64,000 nucleotides of DNA from Chrysomallon squamiferum (lineage: Eukaryota > Animalia > Mollusca), in NCBI GenBank assembly GCA_012295275.1, contig CM022665.1, forward strand, positions 7,998,001 to 8,062,000. The letters run 5' to 3'. The position numbers and the translations under genes were made by a program. Under the pieces are notes generated by a model. That model had not been told where the DNA came from. It saw nothing but the letters and a program-made list of their open reading frames with translations, and searched no databases. Positions within the stretch are counted from its first letter, which is position 1. Every line of letters starts with the position of its first letter. Below, piece after piece: positions 28,090 to 41,428 of the stretch.

Positions 28090-31000
28090 AAGTATTCTTC
28101 TCCAGGAAAATGGTTTTGACAATATATCTGTAAAAACAAGTCACTTCTGTATCACTAAAACAATGTTCATATTCTAGATAACAGAGAAAAAAAAATAGAT
28201 GGTACTTCTTGCCAAACTTAATAACATATATACAAAACTAGCAGTGGTGTATTTTTTAGTCTTTGTTACTGAACATTTGCTATATCAACCAAAATATTTA
28301 ATGTTGTTTACAATTAATTTTAATTTTATGCACAAGTAAATTCTGCTTTCTCATTGTACAAATTTGTTTTGTACTTCATATATTTAGTAAGCTTAAGAAC
28401 ATATTAAATTTGAAATGAAGTAAACAAGAAGTATTTTTTTTATACATTTAATATGCTGGCACAATTCACTGTCTTCTTTTTAACTTAATGAATAAAATGT
28501 TTTGAAGATGAAAAAGAAACAGCGTAAAAAAAAATAATTAAAAAAAAAAAAAGTTTTGGAACTATTAAAGTATATAAACACAAACTAATATTTGTACTTG
28601 TGATTTAACTGTAAATGATGTTAAAATAAATGAAAACAAATCTCCACAAAGAATACAAAGTCTTCTCGGTAATGCTTAAGATTCTCATAAGAGTAAACAA
28701 TAATGATGTAATTAGCAAAGCCATATACTTTTATAATGTTGAGAGAAGTTATTGGTGGACTGGGAAAAGTAATCATCAACAACTATCTGAAATTGAAATC
28801 ATACTTGTGTTTACTCATGCAAGTAATTGCAATTAAGATCTCATGAATGGCAAATATTTGGTGTAAAACTGGCACAAGAAGAAGTTGTTGTGTTCTGCTT
28901 TGTTTGGATATCTATAGATGGAACATGGGCTGGCGGGCCTTGTCTAAAGTGACTGATTTGCCTTCAGTGATAGGCACTGCAGTATTGATCTTTACCTCAA
29001 GCTTATTTGTCTTCCAGTAGATAGTCTCTCTTGGTGCAAGTATCACTGCTAATTATATGTTTAATGCAGCTTAAACAAAGGCTTAGTTACTACATGTCAG
29101 AGAAAATGCCACCAATTGGCTGTAACAAGCTTCTGACACACTGCTGCAGGTACTTAATCGTCTGTATAGACCAACATTCTCTCACACAAATTGTCATAGC
29201 AAGATCAGTCTTTAAGAAGGATATTATTATTATTATTATTATTGTTATTATTTTATTTTTTATTATTGTTTTAACTAAAATTCAGGCTGAGTTTAAGAAT
29301 TCTGCCATGGGCTTATAAATATACATTGTTCCTGACAGTTATATATTTCAATCAGGTGATTTGAGACCAGTTTTATTTTCATCTATTTCTGAGTTTGTCA
29401 TAAAGTAACATAATATTTATTATCAAAAAAAATTGAATAAAAAAAAAAAAAAAATAAAAAAAAAAAAAAATAAATTAAAAAAAAAAAAATAATAATAATA
29501 ATAAAATGATTAAAAAACAACAACAACAGATTTCATCTTTTTGGCACTGAAAATAATACTACAGGAATCAAAACTCAGACAACTTGGGGCCAACCAATAG
29601 ACAATTTTGTCATTTATTGATGCCAAAAAAATGTTTTTACCCTTTTCAAAATTATCACCAATCATCTTTTGCGACTTGTTAAATTACTGCATGAAAATAT
29701 AGTTGATATCTTATGGGAAAAAGAACATCATTTTAGTTATTTTATATGAAATCTGAGACTTATTTAAAAAATGGATAAACTGTTTTTCTTTTTAATTATT
29801 TTTAATCCAAATAAATTGCTTTTTTTATCAAATGAAATCATTTCATCCTGAAGATTATATGATCCTTTTTTCCCCCCTTTTTTGGAATATTATATCTATT
29901 CCTGTTAATATATATTCTTTTTTTCCCATACTGTTTAAGATGTTAGTGCATATAGTTTTAAAATAAGGGGAAAATAAATAAATAAATAAATAAATAAAAA
30001 TAAAATATTTAAAAAATTGAATTTGTATTAAAGCCAGAAGATTTCAGATAATTCTTTCAACTTATTCTAGAAATATAATCTGATGCAAAATTATATGGGT
30101 TAGTATTTTGTAAATTAGATAATGACTAATCAGTAAATTATTTATGAAATCCAGAATATGATCTTGAAACAAGGAAGATCTTGTGATTCTTTGTGGGTTT
30201 CTTTTTTCAAAATTCAGACTCTGATTAGTGCTCAAAGATCATAGAAATGAAGTCTGAGCTATCAGTATTTTTCAATGACATAATGTCCCAGGGACTTCAG
30301 GCACCATTGCATTCTTATTTCTGATTTTGATGTCTGTATGCATGCAGTGTCAAAATCATCTCTTCTGCTAATAAGTGAGTCTGTTTTGACAAAAAAAAAA
30401 AAAAAAAAGTATTTGGAGACTTGGTGAGAATCCAATTACTGGTACTGGTTCAGTAGCAATAAGTCACAACCTGAGGGTCTGTCGGGGCTTCTAATGACTT
30501 GGACATATCATGTGGTGTCAAGCTGTAATGGCCATCTCATCGTGTCCATGATTCTCATCACACTGTGCATACATTTAATCATATTCTAATAATAAGGTGG
30601 CGCAGTTTCATCTCCAAAGAAAAGAAAGCAGTGGTGCTTAATCAGTTACATAAAGAAAATGCTGGCATGCTGTTTGCTAACAGATACTTTCAACAAGTTT
30701 CTGACACGTCCTTTGACATCAAAGCTAACTGAACAAGTTCTGAGGAGAGTTATTAAGTTAGCAGATCCTGAAATTAGAATAACCCTTGAAGACTAATTAA
30801 TTATTTTTGTATATCCCTAATTCTGTATATAAAACCAATAATTATATTACAAAAGTGATAATAATGCTGTAATGGGCACAAATTAAAACAATAAATTTGA
30901 TTTCTAGTCATAACTTAATACATACTTTAACCAAACTAGCACAGAATCCTAAGTTTCATCATGCTATTTCTGTTTATTTTATTTCATATTTATTTTAACT

Positions 31001-33866
31001 AAAAGTGTTTCTTTGAATATGATGTCACTTTTTAACTTGCTTCTTCAATTTTTTGCTGATTTTTTTTCTTCATTGATTATTTTAACTATTATAGCTGTTC
31101 TCTGCTGACCTGCTACTGTATCTTTCACTAATGTTGTGTTTGCTAACGGCGAAAGATTATGAAATATTGACTGTTTATGTCAGCAACACTTAAAACACAA
31201 AGGGTTTCTGCGAGGGATGTAATCAATATCTAGGACAAAAGGTGTTGTGTGAATTATTTATTTTTCCACCTTGTTGCATTTTAATAGTGTTATCCATGAA
31301 GGGTTGTTAAAATGATATAGTTCAATAGATGTCGTTCCATAATTATGTGCTTCAGACGTTTATAGTCTCTAACCCTCTTTCCATAAAAATAAAAATAACA
31401 ATAAATAGCTAAATCTATAAGATCATAAAAACAGTTGAGTGGAGAAAAATAAAGTTGAAATATTAATAAGTGATGATAAAAAGTTGTTAATGGAGGCCGC
31501 GGCGTGACATGTTTAATAGCAGGCAGAAACAGATGAAGCTCCAATATACATGAAAAACAATGAGTAAGACAGAACCCTACCATGAACTGTAATGATAAAA
31601 CATCAAAGATGAAACTCAAATCTGATCTCTATAGAGATTATTAGACTAGGTTATAATTTTTATGACTATTAAAAGTTTGAAGTCTTAACACTTTATATCT
31701 TTAATTCTGACATAAATAATGACAAACAAGACTAACCTCGGCCTGTAGTTTTTATCTTTGGATCATATATGACGAAATCTGGTCTCAATTTGCTTGCTCT
31801 TTTTCCTTTTAAAAGTGGAATAAGACCACCAAGATATTCCAGATATAATGTATAATGGCCTCCTGAAGTCTCATCACCATGTCGAACCATGGTACAGAAC
31901 ATTCGCTCATTGCCTGGAGGAGGGGTACTCACAAATTCCCGTAACTTAAATGGATCAGGTATGTAGCTCTGAAAAATAATTTTATTATACTTATTTGACA
32001 AAGGAATTAACATTAGGTCATTGTATTACTGATACAGATGACAGCTAAACATAATGGAATACTTTCTCAGTGATCTTAAAGGACACAATGACCAAGTTTA
32101 ATTTTCAAAATAATTTCTTCTTGGTGCTGAATGATACAGTGGCTGTGAATTCAAATCCACAAATCATCTAGTTTACACAGATAATGGAGAGACTATTCCT
32201 CCATTGCCACATCCTAAAATTGCATTGAAAGATGCAAATTCGATTAACCATAATATTAAAATAAAAATCCAGAATCTGGTATAGCTGAAAAAAGAACTCA
32301 GCCTTTGAAATACAGCCTGATGATTCAAGCTTACTGAAATGGAACTAATCCTGAATTATAGAAGTGGAAGATTTATGTTTTTGTAGTTCATAAAACATTC
32401 TAATTGAGTGCTTAAATTAATATGCTTCCTAACCTACTGTGCACAGAAAGATTATTTTCAAAATCTTATTAATTTAACAACATGCTCCTTTTTTTAATAA
32501 ATTTTTATTTTTGAAAAGCATTATTATTTTTATTTTTGAAAAGCATTATTATTTTCTGTGAACCTATTTGTGTGAACTGTGAACTGTATTTGAATATGTT
32601 ATTATTTCTCTTTTTCCTGGGTGTTTGTGCATGCATATATGATTGTGAGTATATGTGTGTGCATGTTTTACTCTCATATATTTAATAAAAGTTTCCATTC
32701 CTTTTTAATACAGTTACAAAAATGAAATACCAGCTTACTTTAATTGTTGGAGAGAAAAGAGCTTGTGCTCCAAGTCTCAGCCTGGTTGGCAGGGGAAGTT
32801 TGTCAATATTTTTTTCTTGGCGCACTACTTTTTTAACAACTCGTTGGCACAAGAACTGCAGCGGTGCTACCTGTTTACTAATCCATGCGACATACAAATG
32901 GCACCCAGCAGCCATGAAAAGACGTCTGTCATTATGGCCCCAAGTCAATGCTGTCAGAGGTTTACCCTGAAAAACAGATACATCTAATATAACCATCACT
33001 AAAATTAATACCAGAGTTTAATTGTGGGTTAATACTTTTCAGTTTTATCACTAAAACTGATACTATACAACTAAAGATGCATTATCTCAGAATTATAGGC
33101 CTGGTTATAACAAAATGGTAATATATTTTTTCTTTAAATTTTTCTGAAATGAAGCTGGAGAATTACTAAATTACTATTACTGAACAAAATAAAAAGTTTC
33201 AAATTTTTATTTTAATATGCTTTTAAGTAAACAGGAATATATATATATATATATTACATAAATAAGCACCTGCTAAAAACATTTTCAAATTCTATTATTT
33301 TGCAATATATCATTTACTGACTCTGAAAAACATTATGATAAGATGTTCCTGCAAGTGGCTCAAAGTTTTCATGATCATTGGAAAATCATTATTTTATTGT
33401 GTATTGTTCAGTATGTCAATTTGCTGATATTAAATCATCAATTATTCTCCAGGAAAGAAAGACCGAAAAAAAAGAAATGTGTGTGTGTGTGTGTGTGTGT
33501 TTATTTAAAGCAAACAAAATATTAATTTTTTTTTAAATTAATTATTCTTGTCCAAAAAATTCAGGAGTAGTTTTACATCATCAAAATTTTAAAATATTTA
33601 ATTATTAGTTTTTCATTTTAACTTCATAGCTAATAAACTTCTTTTTCATGTGTTTTGATTATTTCCTGAATCACATCACTGAAAATTATTTCCCAAGGGA
33701 AAATAAACACGATATGTTGTGATAACATGCATAATAAACAGGTTTCTTACATTGTTGATTTTAATCTAAATCTCTGAAATTATTATGAAATATTTGGAGC
33801 TTTTGTGTGTTTTATTATTATTATTTTTTTTAAATCAAATTTTTTTTTTTTTCATTTGTGGTTGTC

Positions 33867-33909
<43 letters not shown>

Positions 33910-36900
33910 CATTAGGGAACATACCATGCCAAACAATATAACATAATTAATTAATGCCTGACATTTTATACCCAATTCAAATGAAAACAAACAATAACAA
34001 ATAATATCAAATGACATGGTATCTCTAAGCAGGCATCAACAACCTGATCTGTCAGTAGCTAAATATATAGAAACAGGTTTCATGGTTTGCATTATTACAT
34101 ATGCTAAGTTTAAGTCTGTACCTTGCTATCTGTAATTAACTGATACATCTGATATACATTTAGTGGTACGTTTATGTGGGGGACATCAATATTCCTATCT
34201 GTCTCCAAAAAGCTTCATTTAAGAAAGCACTGTTTCGGTTTACCTTTGATTTATTAAAAAACCATTAAGCAGTTAAACCAAGACAGTTTACAGTAATTGT
34301 GCGGTAATGTTTACATGTATATTAATATTTATAAAATGTATATACATTATTAGTGAAATATGATAAAGTGTTTCTGTATAAACAAAATGCTGTTTTGTAT
34401 ATAATGTACAGTGAGCTAACTGCCATGTAAACATCTGGATGAATACAGTTAATAAATTTGAGGGGTGAAGCATTTTAGTTCTATATTTGGCATAATATTG
34501 AGGCATTTCATCTCACTTTACGTTCTAGCAAAAAATAAATCTTTAATATGAACAAAATATATTTGGAACAATATCTGTAATGACATAAACAAAAGTATAA
34601 CAAGTAATTGAATAATGTTTGTCTTGTCATTAATTAATTTTACTCTGAGAGATGAATGTTAAAACATTTTTGGTGTGCCTTCTGACCTGAGATGGTATGA
34701 TGACCCAGTGTTTGAGTTTGCCTTCTTTGGAATAGAAGTGAAGCTCGTTTCTGCATTGCAAGTTTGGAAGTCTTATAAAACCAGCTACAGCCAAATATTC
34801 TCCACAGTTTGACCAGTCCATCTTCAAACCTGAAACACACCAAAGAATAAAATGTGTGCATTATCAATTCACTGGGACAGCAAAAATGACATAAATTTCA
34901 TCCATCTCTTTATAAAAGAAAAAAAAAAAAAAAAAAAAGAAAGAAAGAAAAAAAAGCTTTAGAGAAAAATAAATATTTTTTAAAAATTACAGACAATAAA
35001 TATTTTTTAAAATTACAGATGATAAATATTTCATCTACAGCACAATCTAATTTTTCAGTTTGAAAATAATCAATGGATATTACTAAAATATTAATTATTT
35101 TGTTAATCAAATGGAAAACTAGGATTCAAAAATTGATTTTTTGTGAAGGAAGAAGACCAAGAAAACATTACTGGGTAACAAATTTTTTTTTTAAAATAAA
35201 AATCATAAAAAGGGACACTTAATGTGCAAATGAGTGTATGTATTTTTCTTTTCCTATTTAACATTATTAAATGGGAACAAATTAATAAAGGGATACAAAT
35301 GCCATTATGATCATCAAACATCAATGGTTTAAAAAAACAAGATCAGTTAAATTATTGTAAGTAACTTAATATTTTAAAAAGAATTAATTGTAAAATATCC
35401 ACTCTAAAGTCTTATTTTAGCACAAATGCTATACATGAAATATCTAGGTTAAACTACAATTAATCACTGTTTCAGATTAATAAAAACTAACAATTCTGAA
35501 ACAAAGGCAGTTTAATTCAGACAATTTAACTTTCCTTAGAGAAATTTTAGCTGTAAAAAAAAAAGTCAGTAATGCCAACCATGTAATCTGATAACATTAA
35601 TACGATTTTTGTTGTTGCTGCTACTTCGCTGTGTATTGATACATGTATATTTGCATGTTACTGTGAGTAAGGCAATGAAATGCTGCTCATATATTTATTG
35701 CTTTCTTGGTTTCTAAACAGTTAAAACAAAAATAAAGTGGATTGATGTTAGTTATTACACTTTCCAAATGTAGAAATTGTGTTCTAACCACTGTGGTGTG
35801 AAAAAAAAAAAAAAAAAAAAAAAAATTGTTAACTACTCCTATTATTCTGTACTAAACGAAAAACAGATGAACATGAATACTGTTTTTAAAACAATCAGAA
35901 CACGACTAATTTCTGAGTCACTGAATGAACAAAACTAACGTAATGGCTGACGACAACAAATAATTGTAGTAATTATTCTCATGTTACACCGTTCACCATA
36001 ATGAGCACAGCGATGCTGCTGCTCATGAAAACAAGCCATTACTGTTCTAAAGATTCCATTTAGATAATGGAGAATCAATATTCCTACAATCCAGTTTCTT
36101 GATGCCAGTACAACAAAAGCCACAGGTAAGTTCTGTACTAGAGAATAAGATTCCATCAGAACCTGATCAAAGATTAAAATTGGAACTCGCAGAATGAACA
36201 ATGGACAATTTTCTAATAAGATGCGGCATGCAGCGTGGTAGTCACAACAGGGAAAGTGTATGGAGCTGAATCTGAGAAATCTATAGAGAAACAAATTAAT
36301 GTGAAAGACTGGCTAAAGACAACATAATACACCTGTGAAATCACTGGCAGTAAAAATATTTCCCATTGTCAGTTTATCTCAGTCTTATGGCATGTAATTC
36401 TACTTCATTTATCAGAGAATAAAGAAATGTGTGTTTATCAGTAAAACATCACTTTTTTAATCAGTGACTGTCATGCATCTACAGTATTAGAATTATACCA
36501 CTGTGATTTATAATGATAATAATAACAATAATAATAGTAGTAATAATAATAAGATTCCAGAGTTCGATCGAGAATTTCACAAAAGAAGGCAATTCCATCA
36601 CTATAACAGTTGCAATGTTCAAAGTGAGATGAGTTTATTATAAGGAAAAAGGAAAATTGACTGATTACAGTGACAGCATGAACTAGGTGCACTGATGTTG
36701 ATAAAATGAGTAATTCAAGAATCACTTTTCATAGTTTTGTCTCACCAAAAGATAGTTTATATATGATGAAAGCGTAATCATTTTTTTTATTTTTATTGAT
36801 TTTATTTTATTTTTTCTGCTGGCAAGAATCACAAGGACTAAAAACTCATTTTCTGTTTATTTTCAAAGATATTTTAATTCTGCCAAAAACACAAAAACAA

Positions 36901-37062
36901 AAAAACTAAACACATTTAAAGAAAAACAGTAAATTAAATGTGTAACGATTAATACTTTAACTTAAACAATTGTCATAACAGCTGTAAAATTAATCTACTT
37001 CTTATGTACCAAAAGTAACAAACTTTTAATTTTTACTTATTCAATAGTTGAGTGAAAATTAG

Positions 37063-37111
<49 letters not shown>

Positions 37112-40100
37112 AGAAAAAGAAAGCATGCCTTTCATATTAAAAAGTTCTAATTTTGGTAAGTCTTATCAATGATTCACAAAGTGTTGTTGTTTGTCAGTTT
37201 TTGAAAATTATTGTGTGCAAGCTTGAGGGTTGTGTAACTGCTGATTACTCCATGACAGCTCCATTTAAAAATATTAGTATGTATATCCTAAGATATTAAT
37301 TTCTGGAACCATCTTATTAACCATTAATGAAATAAATTATTTAACAGATAGAATAATTAAGTACACAAGACATGGATATTCAAGTTTAATAAACAACACT
37401 CATTCATCTTATTAATGCTACATTTTGATTAATGAATTCCTAGCCTCTTTTGTTTTGAGACAACTGATATTAGATTAGCTTATTTGTCCCAGAAGGGTTA
37501 TTGTCATAGTTAATTCTTTCTGACACTATATATGGCCTACCATAGATGTTATTATGGATTATGAGTGGTTTGGGAACAATATCTAACTGATGGTGTACTA
37601 TAGACAAAATTATCATCTATCCCAGATCTATTATGAAAAGTAATCTATTCTGACCTAGTCAATGGACAAAGGATGTACGAAAGAATAAGCTTTTAAGTTT
37701 GATCTAATTTTCTTTTCTTTTCATGTCATACTGACATAATGGTAAAAAAATAAATGAAAATATTTTATTTTAATTTATAATAAAAAAATATAACAACAAT
37801 GGCATGCTGGATGCGATATAAAAAAATAAAACAAAAACATAACCATGAATATTCTTCATACCTGTTAGTGTTGTGTATACTATTTTCGGGCAGACATCAT
37901 CATAACTATTAAGAAGGAACACATCACCATATTTGAACGAAACTGCTAGCATGTAATTCTTTTGATTATTTGCTGAAAAATAAAAATACAAAATCTGTTA
38001 TCACATGTCAGTAATCTTTCATTATTTTGGTAAGTCACTTTTCTATTAAGAAATAATTTTAAACTTGAGCCCAAAATCCAGCTAATGTTTGCAATAACAT
38101 TATAAATCAATATTTATAGTTGGATCAATTATAATGCCAGAGTTTCAGTGTCATATTATAATATTACACTTAATATGTATATTATTTTAAAGCTCTGCAC
38201 TCTCTACGTGGATTATGATATAAAACCATTCTTTAAATACTGATAATTTTATTGTGCCATATTTTATTCTTAGATATATAACTAGGTATTTTATAAGTAT
38301 ATTAAAATGTTCTACACTGTCTGTAGATGTAGGTAGATCAACATCTCTTGATAAAACAATTTGAAATTTAGTTTTTCTTCCAATACCTTTGCTTTGTTTT
38401 TCAAGTTTGAACAATGGTTAATTGTCCAATGCCCCTCAAAAAGAAAAGATATGAAAACCATCAATATTTCTCAACTTGATCTATAAAGGTCAGTTTTCGG
38501 TTTGCAAGACTTAACATTATTATGTCTCACCCACACTGGAAAGCCGACATTATCTAGATCTGTTATGTTTCACACAGCACAACCCAAAGGACTGTCATTT
38601 TGACAAACATCATGGAGCAAGGATTTAACATTAACTACTCAATTACCTGTAAAGCCATTGTGATGACGGGTAAAGTCATCTGCTTCATATCAAAACTGCT
38701 GAGAAATTTGAAGAGTCTTAGAATTTCATAGCCAATAAAATTTATTATAAGAAAGCTTTTATAATAGTTAAGTATTTTGACATTTTCATAAAAATAAAAA
38801 TAACTTGTATGACATTAAGTTAAAAGCACCATCCTGCCAAATGATACCTAATAACTGTAGAAAGGAATACCTAATGTAGTTTTAATTTTGTAACCAATTT
38901 TTCTGTTGACACTTCAGTTTGTATCAAAGGAATCAATGCCATTTTGACCTTGGAATATTTCATTATTGCACAAGGCAATCAAATTGTGATCTGGCATTTA
39001 TTACTACAAATGTGACTTTTAATAACTCAGCTGCTGTCTGACAAATTAATTGAGGTGTGAGTTGGAATATTTTCCATTAACAGTACTAGAAGAAACATAC
39101 GTAAATACTTTATCTGTGTTACTCTAGTAGTACAAATTAAATAGTAACTGTAAACTACTCCAGTGTTGGTCAAATTAAATAACCAGTGATTCTAGAATAC
39201 CTTAATGTTAACAGAAGATCTACCATTTCTGTATTTGATACAATATCAATCACTAATCATGAGATAGCTTTGGTACTATATGAATTAGCATAGGTTTGAT
39301 TATTCTGCAAAATAACCAACCTAAAATTTTAAATATATGTATATTTATATATATGTATGTAACTATACCATTGCAATAATAATGTTGTAAGGAAAGAGTT
39401 AAGTTAAAAGATATAACAAACAACAAGTGAAAATCTATCATCTTTGATGTATAAATTCTTAATATACCAAAGTTACACTTTTTCACCCAGTCAGAGATTT
39501 AAGCTTGTGAATGTCAACAAACATTGGTAAAGTATATATTAAATGCTGCTTCAGTATATATTTCATAAAGTTGTATCACAAATTCAGTTTATCATAAAAA
39601 TTAAAAAAAAATAAAATACAATAATTAAATAAAATTATAAAAACATTTCATATTATTTGGGTTTTGGGATTTTTTTTTTAAATGTTTTTGAAATTTATTT
39701 AAATATTTAAAATCAATTCTTTTCCAATAATGTTCAGAAGTTTCCCACAACCAACTAAAAAAAAATATAATAATAAAAAAAATAATAATTTTAATCTCCC
39801 GAACTGACAAGAAGTAAAATAATGCCTGCATCATGCTTAATTGGACAGAACCTTGCAAACTTAAATCACTTAAAGATCTGACTTGCCTGCAGCAACTGAA
39901 CTGAACTAACAGAAAATAGCAAAGGAAGTCTGTCAGCAATCTAGGTTTTGATTTGAATGTACTGTTTTCTTCTTATTTAAAAAATATTTGTTAGTATGTC
40001 TGTTTGTATGAATGTATGCATGTGTATATGAATGTATATATGTATATTTAAAAAATTCTTTTAAACAAAATAGTGTTTTCACTATTTCCTTTTCTTTTTT

Positions 40101-40528
40101 CCATCTAGTCATTGTTTCTGCCAATAATTCAATTTGAAAAGAACTATTATGAAAAAGGAAAGATTTAATTTGAAAATCAAATAAATAATGCACCCAAATA
40201 TTTCTTATTGCAAATCAGATGAATCTTTCATTTAAAATATGAGTCTTGTTTTTCTTCTTTTTATTTATTTTATTTATTTTTTATTTATTTATTTATTATT
40301 ATTATTTTTTTAATATATATTTCATTCAGGTAGCCAGTACAATCAAATTTGGTCTTTTTTGTTTTTTCTGTGGATGTCTCTTCTCTCTGTGTCTCTGTCC
40401 CATACACACTCATACATGCCAATACAAACAATTATACATATAAGGACTTTATATACCTCAGAATTTTAGAAGCATTTAATTTTTCACTTTCCCATATAGA
40501 TATACAGAGGGAGAGGGAGAGGGAGAGG

Positions 40529-40601
<73 letters not shown>

Positions 40602-41360
40602 ATACCATATTAAATCATACAGCTATATTTCTGTACTAGTTCTGCTATTGTCAAGGTTTGTATTTGCACTGTGAATTTTATTATCACTCACCTTGATCAC
40701 ATTTATTGTTTTCATCCGTAAATTCTGCTTCCTCCATGTTGAAGCGTTCACAAGACCATGCCATAGAAGAAATCTCCATACCTTCATGAATAGTAACTTG
40801 GGAAACCATAGCACCAGTAGAACTCATTACTATGATTTGACCATCTGTTGTTCCAAACATCACCTGAATATCAATTTCAGACTGTCAGGACAAGATTACA
40901 AGATAATTGTGTCAAAATTAAATATCTGTCAAAAGAAAAATTTACTTACATAATAATAAAGTTTATTTCATATACACTGCAACCCATGCTAATAAGATAA
41001 AAAACATCAGTCACTTATGAATAAAACACAACATGTAATCTGAGAAACACTACAGTTTTCCTGTGCCTATTTTAGGATACAAATACTTAATACCCAGTTC
41101 ACAGTGATTTCAGTAACTAACCTTTTGGTCATCAGGTGACCAGACTCCACAAGTAATTGAAGTGTTGTCTAGATTTAACATAGATGACCAATACCTCTGT
41201 CCTGCAACAGATCCAACCAGGACAAAACCATCTCGATAGCAGATCAAAGCCATGCGACCATCATGTGACCATGCAAAATCTGTCACCTTCAAAAAACAAT
41301 AAAACAATACTTTGTTATAACTGTTAAATTTTCATAAACGTAGCTGAAACAATTAATAGG

Positions 41361-41428
<68 letters not shown>

